Assembly (NCBI GenBank): GCA_903844645.1
Contig: CAIMUP010000013.1
Span: forward strand, 1,428-65,427
DNA length: 64,000 nucleotides
Direction: 5' to 3'
DNA from: an uncultured Bacteroidota bacterium
Lineage (GTDB): Bacteria; Bacteroidota; Bacteroidia; AKYH767-A; JABDAW01
In this document: piece by piece, positions 41,460-51,721 of the stretch
Numbering within the stretch: the first letter of the stretch is position 1
Layout of the letters: each line of letters starts with the position of its first letter
Made by a program: the position numbers and the translations under genes
The notes under the pieces: generated by a model
Databases searched by the model: none
Seen by the model: only the letters and a program-made list of their open reading frames with translations
What the model was told of the DNA's origin: nothing

Positions 41460-42830
41460 ATGAAAATAATCAAAAATATAACGGGAATTTTTTTCTGCAT
41501 CGCGCTGCTGAATTCCATTGATACCGTGGCGCAGGTGAAAATTCTGGATCAAGTAGCAGGGGTGGTCGGGGATAAGGTGATTCTGCAATCCGACATCGAA
41601 TCGCAATATCAGCAATATATGCTCCAAGGCGGGGTGGATAATCCAGCCATTCGCTGCGAAATTATGTATCAGATGTTGATTAATAAACTGCTCCTGAATC
41701 AAGCAATATTAGATAGCGTAGAAGTTTCGGGCACGGCTGTAGAGGAGGAATTGGATAAACGGATGCGGTATTATATCTCCCAAATCGGCTCGCAAAAGTT
41801 GCTGGAGGAACGTATGGGAAAATCGGTATTGGAGCTGAAAGCCGACTTCAGAACGCTGATTAAAGACCAGATGCTGACGCAACAAATGCAACAAAAAATT
41901 ACGAAAGATGTGAATGCCTCGCCATCGGATGTGAAAAGTTATTACGAACACATCCCGAAGGATAGTTTGCCGAGGGTAGAATCGGAATTTGAGATACAAC
42001 AAATCGTTCGGCATATAGAAGTTACCGATGAGCAAAAAAAGGAAGTGAAGGATAAATTGGAAGGTTATAAACAAGAGATTTTGAAGGGTACTCGGGACTT
42101 TGTCGCCACTGCCGTTTTATACTCTCAAGACCCCGGTACTACTAAAAAAGGCGGTGAATTAGGCTTCTTCGGGAGGGGCGATATGCAACCTGCTTTTGAG
42201 GCTGCCGCATTCCGCCTTCGTCCGGGTGAAATATCGGATATTATTGAAACGCCGTTCGGGTATCACATCCTGCAATTGATTGAAAGAAGGGGCGAACAGA
42301 TTAATGTCAGGCATATCTTATTACATCCAAAAGTAAGCGATGATAATATTGACAAAGCGAGTAAATTTTTGGATAGTTTGAAGACGGAAATTAATAATAA
42401 AACCATCACCTTTGCCGATGCGGCGATGAAATTCTCTGATGATGCAGATACCAAGAACAATGCCGGACTGATGCAAAATGTGCAGGATGGAACAACCAAA
42501 TTTGAGGCTACCACGATGGATAAAACCCTGTTCTTCCAGATAGATAAATTGAGCATCGGGGAGCTATCGAAGCCTGTATCTTATTCTGACAGAGAGGGCA
42601 AGGCTTCGTTGCGGGTATTGATGGTGAAATCGAAAACAGCTCCGCATACCGCGAACTTGAAAGACGATTATCAGAAGATTCGCGGGGCGGCTTTGCAGGA
42701 GAAACAGAACCTCGCCTTGCTGGATTGGGTGAAGAAGAAGCGTGCTAATACGTTTGTGAATATCACGAAAGATTATCGCAAGTGCGATGCCATAAAGGAC
42801 TGGTTGAAGAATACCGCAACAACGAATTAA
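41460..42830 (+). CDS. surA: SurA-like periplasmic chaperone / peptidyl-prolyl isomerase
   Basis: It has a signal peptide, a SurA N-domain-like region and the parvulin motif FGYHILQL. Confidence 0.85.
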   Translation: MKIIKNITGIFFCIALLNSIDTVAQVKILDQVAGVVGDKVILQSDIESQYQQYMLQGGVDNPAIRCEIMYQMLINKLLLNQAILDSVEVSGTAVEEELDKRMRYYISQIGSQKLLEERMGKSVLELKADFRTLIKDQMLTQQMQQKITKDVNASPSDVKSYYEHIPKDSLPRVESEFEIQQIVRHIEVTDEQKKEVKDKLEGYKQEILKGTRDFVATAVLYSQDPGTTKKGGELGFFGRGDMQPAFEAAAFRLRPGEISDIIETPFGYHILQLIERRGEQINVRHILLHPKVSDDNIDKASKFLDSLKTEINNKTITFADAAMKFSDDADTKNNAGLMQNVQDGTTKFEATTMDKTLFFQIDKLSIGELSKPVSYSDREGKASLRVLMVKSKTAPHTANLKDDYQKIRGAALQEKQNLALLDWVKKKRANTFVNITKDYRKCDAIKDWLKNTATTN

Positions 42831-42848
42831 ATAAGAAAAATTAAGACT

Positions 42849-43817
42849 ATGGATATAAAATTTAACTCCGATGTAGAAGCAGTGGATTCCCTGGTGGGGA
42901 CTTACAAGGACCTTCGCAAAGAAATTGGGAAAGTGATTATCGGGCAAGACGATATTGTGAAGGATGTGCTGATCTCTATCTTCGGGCAGGGACATTGCTT
43001 GCTGGTGGGTGTGCCGGGCTTGGCGAAGACGCTGTTGGTGAATACGATTGCGCAGACGTTAGGCTTGACGTATAACCGGATTCAGTTTACGCCTGACTTG
43101 ATGCCGAGTGATATTATCGGGACGGAAATATTGGATGAAACTCGTAAGTTTCGGTTTATTAAAGGACCGTTGTTTGCGAATATTATCCTTGCCGATGAGA
43201 TTAACAGAACTCCACCAAAGACTCAGTCGGCGTTGTTGGAGGCGATGCAGGAACGGACTGTTACTGCTGCCGGAACGCGGTATGATTTGGGGAAGCCGTT
43301 CTTTGTGTTGGCGACGCAAAACCCGATTGAGCAGGAGGGGACTTACCCGTTGCCGGAGGCGCAATTGGATAGGTTTATGTTTAATGTGTGGTTGGATTAT
43401 CCAAAATTTGAGGAGGAGATACAGGTGGTGAAGAATACGACCTCGAATTATAAACCGGAGTTAAAAGTTATTATTCATGGGGAAGAGATTGTGTATTTTC
43501 AGGACTTGGTGAGGAGGATTCCTATTGCGGATAATGTGTTGAATTATGCGGTAACCTTGGCGCAGAAGAGCAGACCGAATACGGCATTGGCTACGGAGAT
43601 GGTGAATACTTATCTGTCGTGGGGTGCTGGTCCGAGGGCTTCGCAGTATTTGGTGATTGGGGCGAAGGTGAACGCGATATTCAATGGGAAATATTCTCCT
43701 GATATTGAGGATGTGCAGGCGGTGGCGGCGGGTATTCTGCGGCATCGTATTGTATTAAATTATAAGGCGGAAGCTGAACGGGTTTCGGTGGAGAGCATTG
43801 TTAAAAGCCTTATTTAA
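42849..43817 (+). CDS. MoxR-family AAA+ ATPase
   Basis: It has Walker A GVPGLAKT and Walker B ILADEINR, at 322 aa. Confidence 0.9.
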   Translation: MDIKFNSDVEAVDSLVGTYKDLRKEIGKVIIGQDDIVKDVLISIFGQGHCLLVGVPGLAKTLLVNTIAQTLGLTYNRIQFTPDLMPSDIIGTEILDETRKFRFIKGPLFANIILADEINRTPPKTQSALLEAMQERTVTAAGTRYDLGKPFFVLATQNPIEQEGTYPLPEAQLDRFMFNVWLDYPKFEEEIQVVKNTTSNYKPELKVIIHGEEIVYFQDLVRRIPIADNVLNYAVTLAQKSRPNTALATEMVNTYLSWGAGPRASQYLVIGAKVNAIFNGKYSPDIEDVQAVAAGILRHRIVLNYKAEAERVSVESIVKSLI

Positions 43818-43868
43818 GAGAAGAATCCGGGGGATTCAAATCAGTTTTTGGTGTCTGGAGCAGTTTAA

Positions 43869-44162
43869 CGGCTGTTGATTGGAGAAAGTCGGCTGTTGAT
43901 TGGGGAAAGTTGACTGTTGATTGGGGAAAGTCGGCTGTTGATTGGGGAAAGTCGGCTGTTGATTGGGGAAAGTTGACTGTTGATTGGGGAAAGTCGGCTG
44001 TTGATTGGGGAAAGTCGGCTGTTGATTGGGGAAACATGGACGTAGATTGGGGAAACATGGACGTAGATTGCGGAAACATGGACGTAGATTGGGGAAACAT
44101 GGAGGTAGATTGTAGAAACATGGAGGTAGATTGCAGAAACATGGAGGTAGATGGGTTTTACA
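43869..44162. repeat. Array I: 21-bp tandem repeat, 14 copies in two subfamilies
   Basis: It has 8 units of (c/t)g(g/a)ctgttgattggggaaagt, arranged cgg,cgg,tga in a 63-bp higher order. Six units of tgga(c/g)gtagattgnngaaaca follow. Starts fall at 43869 ... 44142. Confidence 0.95.
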
Positions 44163-44323
44163 CTTAAAATGCCAATAATTTTAATACAAAATGCTTTGTT
44201 TTTTCTACTTTTCATTTAATTATATCAAAAAAAGCAAAACAATTTCTCCGAAAATTTGGCAGTTACAAGAAATTTTAGTTAATTTGCATCCATAATCTAA
44301 AAGATAGACTTAAAATAACAAAA

Positions 44324-45259
44324 ATGAATCACAGAGAACTCGCACAAATGGAAAGAAACGGAGGACTGTTTACGTTCCTCGCCTTGGCTTCGAGCCATAC
44401 AATTTATGACTCCAATGGCAACTTCGTCATTGAAAGGGATGGACAAGCCGCGAAACATGTTATTACGCTTGACAAAGCCTCGAAAGCGGGGATTGACAAT
44501 AAAGGTTTTAGCGCAGATAAATTGGAAAAGAAAAACCTTTTGGCGGATGAAGCAGCGTTGCTTTCGGGCTACGCATTCGTGAAATGGGGTCCTACTAAAT
44601 TGAACAAACCAGCCTTTGCTTTACAATGCCACACGTTTGCTACGGATTATTTAGGAATTGCCGATGTTGAATGTACCGCTCTTGCACAAGCTGCTCACGA
44701 TTTGATGTTCAATAATAGCGGCGACCTGACGGGTTATGTAGCCGCGGGGGATTTGACACATTTGCAAACAACGATCAACAACTTTACGGCTGCTGACGGC
44801 TCTTCGCAATCGGTGAATGCGGCATCGCCAGCGGATACGGCAGCATTTAAAACGGCATTGAGAAACGAAAATAAGTGTATTCCTGACCTCTTATTTATGG
44901 TGCGACCTTTTAAAACGATTAATAAAACTTTCTACGATAAAGTGGTTCTGTTGTGTGAATTGCCTGCCGTTTCAGTCTTACATACCGATGTGATCGTTAC
45001 GGTTTTGAAGACGGAAAATAATGAGGTGATAACGGATGCGCATGGGACACTTTCGAACACTAAAAAGACGGACGATACGGATATTCATGGGGAATTGGAA
45101 ATAGATGAAGTACATTCTGGCAAAGCCATCTTGACGATTACGCAACCGGATCGGGTAACGATTGTGGAAGAGATAACGATTCAAATAAAGCATGTGAATC
45201 ATTATACGGTACACATGACGCTGAAACCGGTGCCTCCGCCGATACCTCCGGTGGTTTAA
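44324..45259 (+). CDS. orphan protein P4 (array-fronted, unknown function)
   Basis: This 311-aa ORF has no signal peptide, a beta-rich C-terminal third and a Pro-rich tail (KPVPPPIPPVV). It is preceded by array I and followed by two hairpins. Confidence 0.6.
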   Translation: MNHRELAQMERNGGLFTFLALASSHTIYDSNGNFVIERDGQAAKHVITLDKASKAGIDNKGFSADKLEKKNLLADEAALLSGYAFVKWGPTKLNKPAFALQCHTFATDYLGIADVECTALAQAAHDLMFNNSGDLTGYVAAGDLTHLQTTINNFTAADGSSQSVNAASPADTAAFKTALRNENKCIPDLLFMVRPFKTINKTFYDKVVLLCELPAVSVLHTDVIVTVLKTENNEVITDAHGTLSNTKKTDDTDIHGELEIDEVHSGKAILTITQPDRVTIVEEITIQIKHVNHYTVHMTLKPVPPPIPPVV

Positions 45260-45265
45260 GAAGCC

Positions 45266-45299
45266 TCACCCCTGCCCCTCTCCAAGGGGAGAGGGGTGA
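45266..45299 (+). other. GC-rich hairpin (CCCCTCTCC-AAGG-GGAGAGGGG) immediately after the P4 stop
   Basis: It is a perfect 9-bp G/C-rich stem. It resembles dispersed palindromic hairpins seen in many genomes, and there is only one copy in this window. Confidence 0.6.
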
Positions 45300-45311
45300 A
45301 TAATGAATAAG

Positions 45312-45344
45312 TCCTCTCGGTGAAAGTCGGGAGGATTTTTTTTG
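45312..45344 (+). terminator. rho-independent terminator after P4
   Basis: The stem tcctctcg / cgggagga (one G-U pair) is followed by a T9 run. Confidence 0.8.
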
Positions 45345-45388
45345 TTTGATTGTATTCTAATTCCCTGAAAAATTTCTACTTTTGCACG

Positions 45389-46390
45389 ATGGAAATAACT
45401 AATAATAACTACGATGAATTGATAGACGGCATCGGCAAATTGCTTCGTCAAGGGAGGCAAAAAGCTGCCCGAGAAGTGAATTCCATTTTGGTAAATACCT
45501 ATTGGGAGATAGGTAAATATATTGTAGAGTTTGAGCAGCATGGAAATGAAAAAGCCGAGTATGGAACGCAATTATTCGACCGCCTTTCAAAAGACCTGAC
45601 GAAGGCTTATGGCAAGGGATTCAGCCGTTCTAATTTTTTTCAAATCCGGTCTTTTTATCTTAAATTCCCAATTGTCCAGACATTGTCTGGACAATTGACA
45701 TGGAGTCATTACATAGAAATTATAAAGGCTGATCACCCATTAGAAATTGGCTTCTATTCCAAGCAATGCGTCAAAGATAAATGGACTGTCAGAGAGTTGA
45801 AACGCCAAATGAAAAGCATGCTCTTTCATCGCCTTGCTTTGAGTACCGACAAGGCTGGCTTTTTGAAATTAGCCAATGTAGGGCATGAGGTAATGGAAGC
45901 TGAAGATTTATTGAAGGAACCCTTCGTACTGGAATTCCTGAATATCCCTGAACATTATCAATATCTGGAAGGAGAATTAGAAGAGAAAATCATCAATAAC
46001 CTGCAACAGTTTTTACTCGAATTAGGCAAAGGATTTGCGTTTATCGGTCGACAATACCGGATGACATTAGGCGGCAAACACTACCGCTTAGACCTCCTGT
46101 TTTATCATCGAATATTAAAATGCTTTGTCCTCATAGACCTTAAACGCGGCGAGATAGACCACCAAGATATTGGACAAATGAATCTCTATCTGAATTACTT
46201 TAAAAAAGAAGAAAATACCGAAGACGACAACGAACCGGTAGGCATTATTTTAGGAGCGACAAAAAACGAAATTTTAGTGGAATATGCCACCGCCAGCATC
46301 ACCAACAAAGTCCTCCTGGCGAAATATCAAATGTACCTGCCCAGGGAAGAACAACTCCGCAATGCTCTCATCAAATTATTAGATGAATAA
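45389..46390 (+). CDS. YhcG-family PDDEXK nuclease (DUF1016)
   Basis: The N-terminal LVNTYWEIGKYIVEFEQHGNEKAEYG and the C-terminal ...DLLFYHRILKCFVLIDLKRGE (D...(D/E)xK core) fit the family. The start was set at MEITNN. Confidence 0.8.
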   Translation: MEITNNNYDELIDGIGKLLRQGRQKAAREVNSILVNTYWEIGKYIVEFEQHGNEKAEYGTQLFDRLSKDLTKAYGKGFSRSNFFQIRSFYLKFPIVQTLSGQLTWSHYIEIIKADHPLEIGFYSKQCVKDKWTVRELKRQMKSMLFHRLALSTDKAGFLKLANVGHEVMEAEDLLKEPFVLEFLNIPEHYQYLEGELEEKIINNLQQFLLELGKGFAFIGRQYRMTLGGKHYRLDLLFYHRILKCFVLIDLKRGEIDHQDIGQMNLYLNYFKKEENTEDDNEPVGIILGATKNEILVEYATASITNKVLLAKYQMYLPREEQLRNALIKLLDE

Positions 46391-46423
46391 TTTCCTACTT
46401 TTGCTCCTCAAATCAAACAATAA

Positions 46424-48589
46424 ATGCGCTTGAAAAAGATACTGGTTATACTCATTCTTCACTTTTCAGTGTTCGTTCTTCACTGTTCCGCCCAGCAGGT
46501 TCCAGAATTGTGGGGAATGACTCCTACTGGTGGAAGTGCCTTTAAAGTATATGGTGACGGAACAAACTTCTTAGACTTTCATGATTTCAATAATAACACC
46601 GGAGGTTATCCTGAAGGATATTTTACAATATATAATAACAATGGTATTCTATATGGAGTAGCAAAAATGGGAGGTGCTTATGATAGCGGAGTAATTTTTA
46701 GTATTGATACAAGCACTTTCACTTACACGGTTTTGTATAATTTTAGTGGTCCTTTGGGTACGTTTCCAAATGGAAGTCTTTTGCTTGGCAGCAATAATAA
46801 GTTTTATGGAACTACTAATAGCGGGGGGAATAATAGGAAAGGGGTGATATTTAGTTTTGATCCTTCAACAAACATTTATTCTGTTGAACATTATTTTACT
46901 GACACTACATATTGTAGTGTGGCAACTTTGATGCAGGCGAATAATGGATTAATTTATGGATCATTATGGGCTGGTGGAACTCATCATCACGGTTTAATTT
47001 ACAGCTATGATCCTGTAACCTCTGTTTATAATGATATATATAATTTGGATACTACAATATTTGTAACTAATTCTTCTTCACCAAGATTTATTCAAGCTAC
47101 TAATGGTTTAATTTATGGCTTGGGAGCTGTTGTTGGAAATATTGGAGGGGGTGAAATATTCAGCCTTAATCCAAATACTAATATACTTCAGATTTTATAT
47201 AGGTTTGATACTTCAAATGCAATTGGAGTTGTTCCACACGGTAGCTTAATTCAGGCAAACAATGGCTTACTTTATGGTATGACTTGGTATGGAGGTTCAA
47301 CAGGTTGTGGTGGAATTTTTAGTTTTGATATTTCAACTAATACTTGCATTAATGTATATAATTTCAGTTATCCAACAGGAAAAAATCCAACTGGAAGTCT
47401 TATGCAAGCAAGTGATGGCAAGTTATATGGAATGGCGAGATTGGGAGGATTAAACAATAAAGGCACACTATTTCAATATGATCTTATAACAAATACTTAT
47501 ACCGATATTCATGATTTTAATGGTTCAGATGGTTCTTTGCCAACCTCTGATTTAATAGAGTTTCCTTGTACTTTAAAATCACTAACAACAAGTAGCAATT
47601 CAAGTATGTGCCTAGGAGATAGTATCGTTCTTCATGTTAATGGTGCTATTAATTATCACTGGTATCCTGGGAATTTTACTGATAGTATAATTACAGTTCA
47701 TCCTACTGCAACTACAACCTACCTTGTTACTGGTTCTGTTAATTTATGTAGTAAAACGGATACTATTATTATTACAATTATCCCTCCAATAACCGTCACC
47801 TCTTCCTTCACCGCCGATACCCTCAAAGGCTGTGCTCCGCTTACTATTCAATTCACGAATACGAGCAGTAATGGTGTGCATTATCTTTGGAACTTTGGCG
47901 ATGGTGGTACGAGTACTGCTGTGAATCCTGTGCATACCTATAGCGATTCGGGGAAGTACACGGTTACTCTCACTGCTACCAATGATACTTCGCAATGCGG
48001 AAGGTATGTGAATACGAAGGTGAAAACGAATTATATAGAAGTGGGAAGCCCCATACAGGTAACGAGTAGATTTACCGCCAGTACGGTCTTTGGCTGCGTG
48101 CCGCTGGAGGTTGATTTCACGAATACAAGCATCAACGGAACTACCTTTCACTGGCTGCTCGGCAATGGGGAAACGGATACCGCGAAGAACCCGCATCATA
48201 TCATCTATCCCGATTCGGGCACCTTCCACGTAACGCTGATTGCTTATAACGAAAGTCCGCTCTGCGCCAACTCTCCCGATGTGTGGACTGTGGATATAAA
48301 CACGGGTATCTGCGACCTCGAATTCCCGAATGTCTTCTCTCCGAATGGCGATGATGTGAATGATTATTTTCAGTTCCTCGCGAAGGGATACACGCATTGC
48401 AACCTCATCATCTTCAACCGCTGGGGACAGTTGATTTATGAATCGCCGCTCACCGATACCTTCTGGAATGGCAAAATCAACAACACCGAAGCAGAGGTGC
48501 ATGACGGGACTTATTATTATCTTTTCACGGCTACGGATTTCTATGGAAAGGCTTTTGCGCAGAAGGGGTTTATTACCGTGATTCGGTAA
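46424..48589 (+). CDS. secreted repeat protein: GloVer-like repeats, PKD-like domains and a T9SS type B (gliding-motility CHU_C) sorting domain
   Basis: It has repeated ...LYG.T..GG....G.IFS.D... modules and two PKD-like blocks (F.NTS.....Y.W.FGDG). The C-terminus FPNVFSPNGDDVNDYF...WNG...GTYYY is typical of type B CTDs. Confidence 0.8.
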   Translation: MRLKKILVILILHFSVFVLHCSAQQVPELWGMTPTGGSAFKVYGDGTNFLDFHDFNNNTGGYPEGYFTIYNNNGILYGVAKMGGAYDSGVIFSIDTSTFTYTVLYNFSGPLGTFPNGSLLLGSNNKFYGTTNSGGNNRKGVIFSFDPSTNIYSVEHYFTDTTYCSVATLMQANNGLIYGSLWAGGTHHHGLIYSYDPVTSVYNDIYNLDTTIFVTNSSSPRFIQATNGLIYGLGAVVGNIGGGEIFSLNPNTNILQILYRFDTSNAIGVVPHGSLIQANNGLLYGMTWYGGSTGCGGIFSFDISTNTCINVYNFSYPTGKNPTGSLMQASDGKLYGMARLGGLNNKGTLFQYDLITNTYTDIHDFNGSDGSLPTSDLIEFPCTLKSLTTSSNSSMCLGDSIVLHVNGAINYHWYPGNFTDSIITVHPTATTTYLVTGSVNLCSKTDTIIITIIPPITVTSSFTADTLKGCAPLTIQFTNTSSNGVHYLWNFGDGGTSTAVNPVHTYSDSGKYTVTLTATNDTSQCGRYVNTKVKTNYIEVGSPIQVTSRFTASTVFGCVPLEVDFTNTSINGTTFHWLLGNGETDTAKNPHHIIYPDSGTFHVTLIAYNESPLCANSPDVWTVDINTGICDLEFPNVFSPNGDDVNDYFQFLAKGYTHCNLIIFNRWGQLIYESPLTDTFWNGKINNTEAEVHDGTYYYLFTATDFYGKAFAQKGFITVIR

Positions 48590-48635
48590 GACAATTGTTT
48601 TGCTAATTTTGCGGTTCATAAAATAAATTATCGTC

Positions 48636-49475
48636 ATGAAAAATGTAATCAAAATAATGTTGTTTGTTGCGGTTGCAACTTGCCTTTTCTCTTGTGGAGG
48701 AAACACAAATACGAATGTTGCGAAGACTAAGGATACCATCCCTGTGCCGCCGCCACCTAAACCTTATGCCGAGGAGGTGAATGGCATTAAAGTTTCGGAG
48801 GCTCCGAACTCTCCGGAATTCCCTGATGCGAAGCTGCAATTGCTATCGCCGAAAAAGGATACGGTGTTGAAAATCGGGAATAATAAATTCCATTATCATG
48901 TCGAGAATTACACGCTCGGCATGCTTACCGAAGGTTATTATAAAATGAAATGCGCCAACTCGATGAAGGGTCAGCATATTCATTATATCTTGGATAATAC
49001 GCCGTATTATGCCTCCTACGATTCGGTCTTTGAACGCCCTGTGCCGAGTGGCAAACATTTATTGTTGAGTTTCTTGTCGCGGTCGTACCACGAAAGTATC
49101 AAGAATCAGGACGCGTACACTCTCACTCAACTCGTTGCCGGCAAAGGCACGGATACGCTGAAAGATTATGATATGAATGCGCCGTATCTCTTCTATTCTC
49201 GCCCGAAAGGGGAGTATAAGGGCGAGGCAGAAACGAAGAAATTATTGTTGGATTTCTACCTCGTGAATACCACCCTTTCTCCGACAGGAAACAGGGTGAA
49301 GGCGACCGTCAATGGCAACGATTTTATCCTTACGAAATGGGTGCCTTACATGATTGAAGGCTTGCCGATGGGAGATAATAAAATCACGCTGCAATTGCTG
49401 GATAAAAACAACAAACCGGTGCCAGGCATCTTCAATGATTCAGGCGAAAGGAAGTTTGTTTTGAAAGAGAAATAA
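48636..49475 (+). CDS. lipoprotein, unknown function
   Basis: It has a lipobox (ATCLFSCGG), at 279 aa, with no recognisable motif. Confidence 0.55.
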   Translation: MKNVIKIMLFVAVATCLFSCGGNTNTNVAKTKDTIPVPPPPKPYAEEVNGIKVSEAPNSPEFPDAKLQLLSPKKDTVLKIGNNKFHYHVENYTLGMLTEGYYKMKCANSMKGQHIHYILDNTPYYASYDSVFERPVPSGKHLLLSFLSRSYHESIKNQDAYTLTQLVAGKGTDTLKDYDMNAPYLFYSRPKGEYKGEAETKKLLLDFYLVNTTLSPTGNRVKATVNGNDFILTKWVPYMIEGLPMGDNKITLQLLDKNNKPVPGIFNDSGERKFVLKEK

Positions 49476-49508
49476 GAGGTTTTTTTCATTCCGATTATCA
49501 TTGATTTG

Positions 49509-49913
49509 ATGCATAAAAACCAGGAATCATTCTCTATTAAAAAGCGATTCAACAGCTTCGGATATGCCTTCAACGGCATTAAAATATTATTCAGAACCGA
49601 ACACAATACTTGGCTACATTTATTCGCTACGGTGGCGGTACTTGCGGCAGGATTTTTCTTCCATATTTCGGTTTTGAGTTGGTTTATGCTCGTTGTCGCC
49701 ATTGCTTTGGTTTGGATTACGGAGGCATTAAATACTGCCATCGAATACCTCGTTGATTTGGTTTCTCCCGAGTACCATCCCTTAGCTAAAAAAACGAAGG
49801 ATATTGCGGCAGCGGCGGTGTTCATCGCCTCCTTTTTTGCATTCATATTAGGAATAATAATAGTGTATCACGAGTGGATTTTACACTATCAAACCATTTG
49901 TTTAGGGCTTTGA
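49509..49913 (+). CDS. dgkA: diacylglycerol kinase family (DgkA-like) small membrane kinase
   Basis: It has three TM segments and the conserved EALNTAIEYLVD motif. The start was taken at the ATG one codon after the TTG of the ORF track. Confidence 0.8.
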   Translation: MHKNQESFSIKKRFNSFGYAFNGIKILFRTEHNTWLHLFATVAVLAAGFFFHISVLSWFMLVVAIALVWITEALNTAIEYLVDLVSPEYHPLAKKTKDIAAAAVFIASFFAFILGIIIVYHEWILHYQTICLGL

Positions 49914-49926
49914 AAAGGGAAAAAAG

Positions 49927-50162
49927 CCGACCGGATTTGGGAAAGATGCGGTCGGATATTTCCTTTCTCCGGTCGGATATTTCTTTTTTCCGGTCGGATA
50001 TTTCTTTTTTCCGGTCGGATATTTCTTTTTTCCGGTCGGATATTTCTTTTTTCCGGTCGGATATTTCCTTTTTCCGGTCGGAGATTTCTTTTTTCCGGTC
50101 GGAGATTTCCTGTTTCCGGTCGGAGATTTCCTTTTTCCGGTCGGATATTTCCCGTTACCGAC
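49927..50162. repeat. Array J: 21-bp tandem repeat, about 11 copies
   Basis: The unit is ccggtcggatatttctttttt. The anchor ggtcgga falls at 49950, 49971, 49992 ... 50139. It lies between dgkA and the alpha-oxoamine synthase gene. Confidence 0.95.
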
Positions 50163-50299
50163 CATTAATTTTTGGCTGATTAACGGAAGAAAATATATCT
50201 TTGACCCCTTACCAAAAAAATGAAGCCGCAAAAAGCGATTCCGAAGGACATAAAATGAATGAAACAAAACATAATAGTAAACTTAAAACAGACAGATAA

Positions 50300-51691
<1,392 letters not shown>

Positions 51692-51721
51692 ATCCCAAAT
51701 AACCTTAATAATGATATAATT

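Noticed and set aside
47744-48739. A 331-aa ORF lies antisense to the PKD/CTD part of the T9SS type B cargo gene.
   Set aside because: It is a shadow ORF created by the locally higher GC, and the sense strand has clear PKD and sorting-domain motifs.
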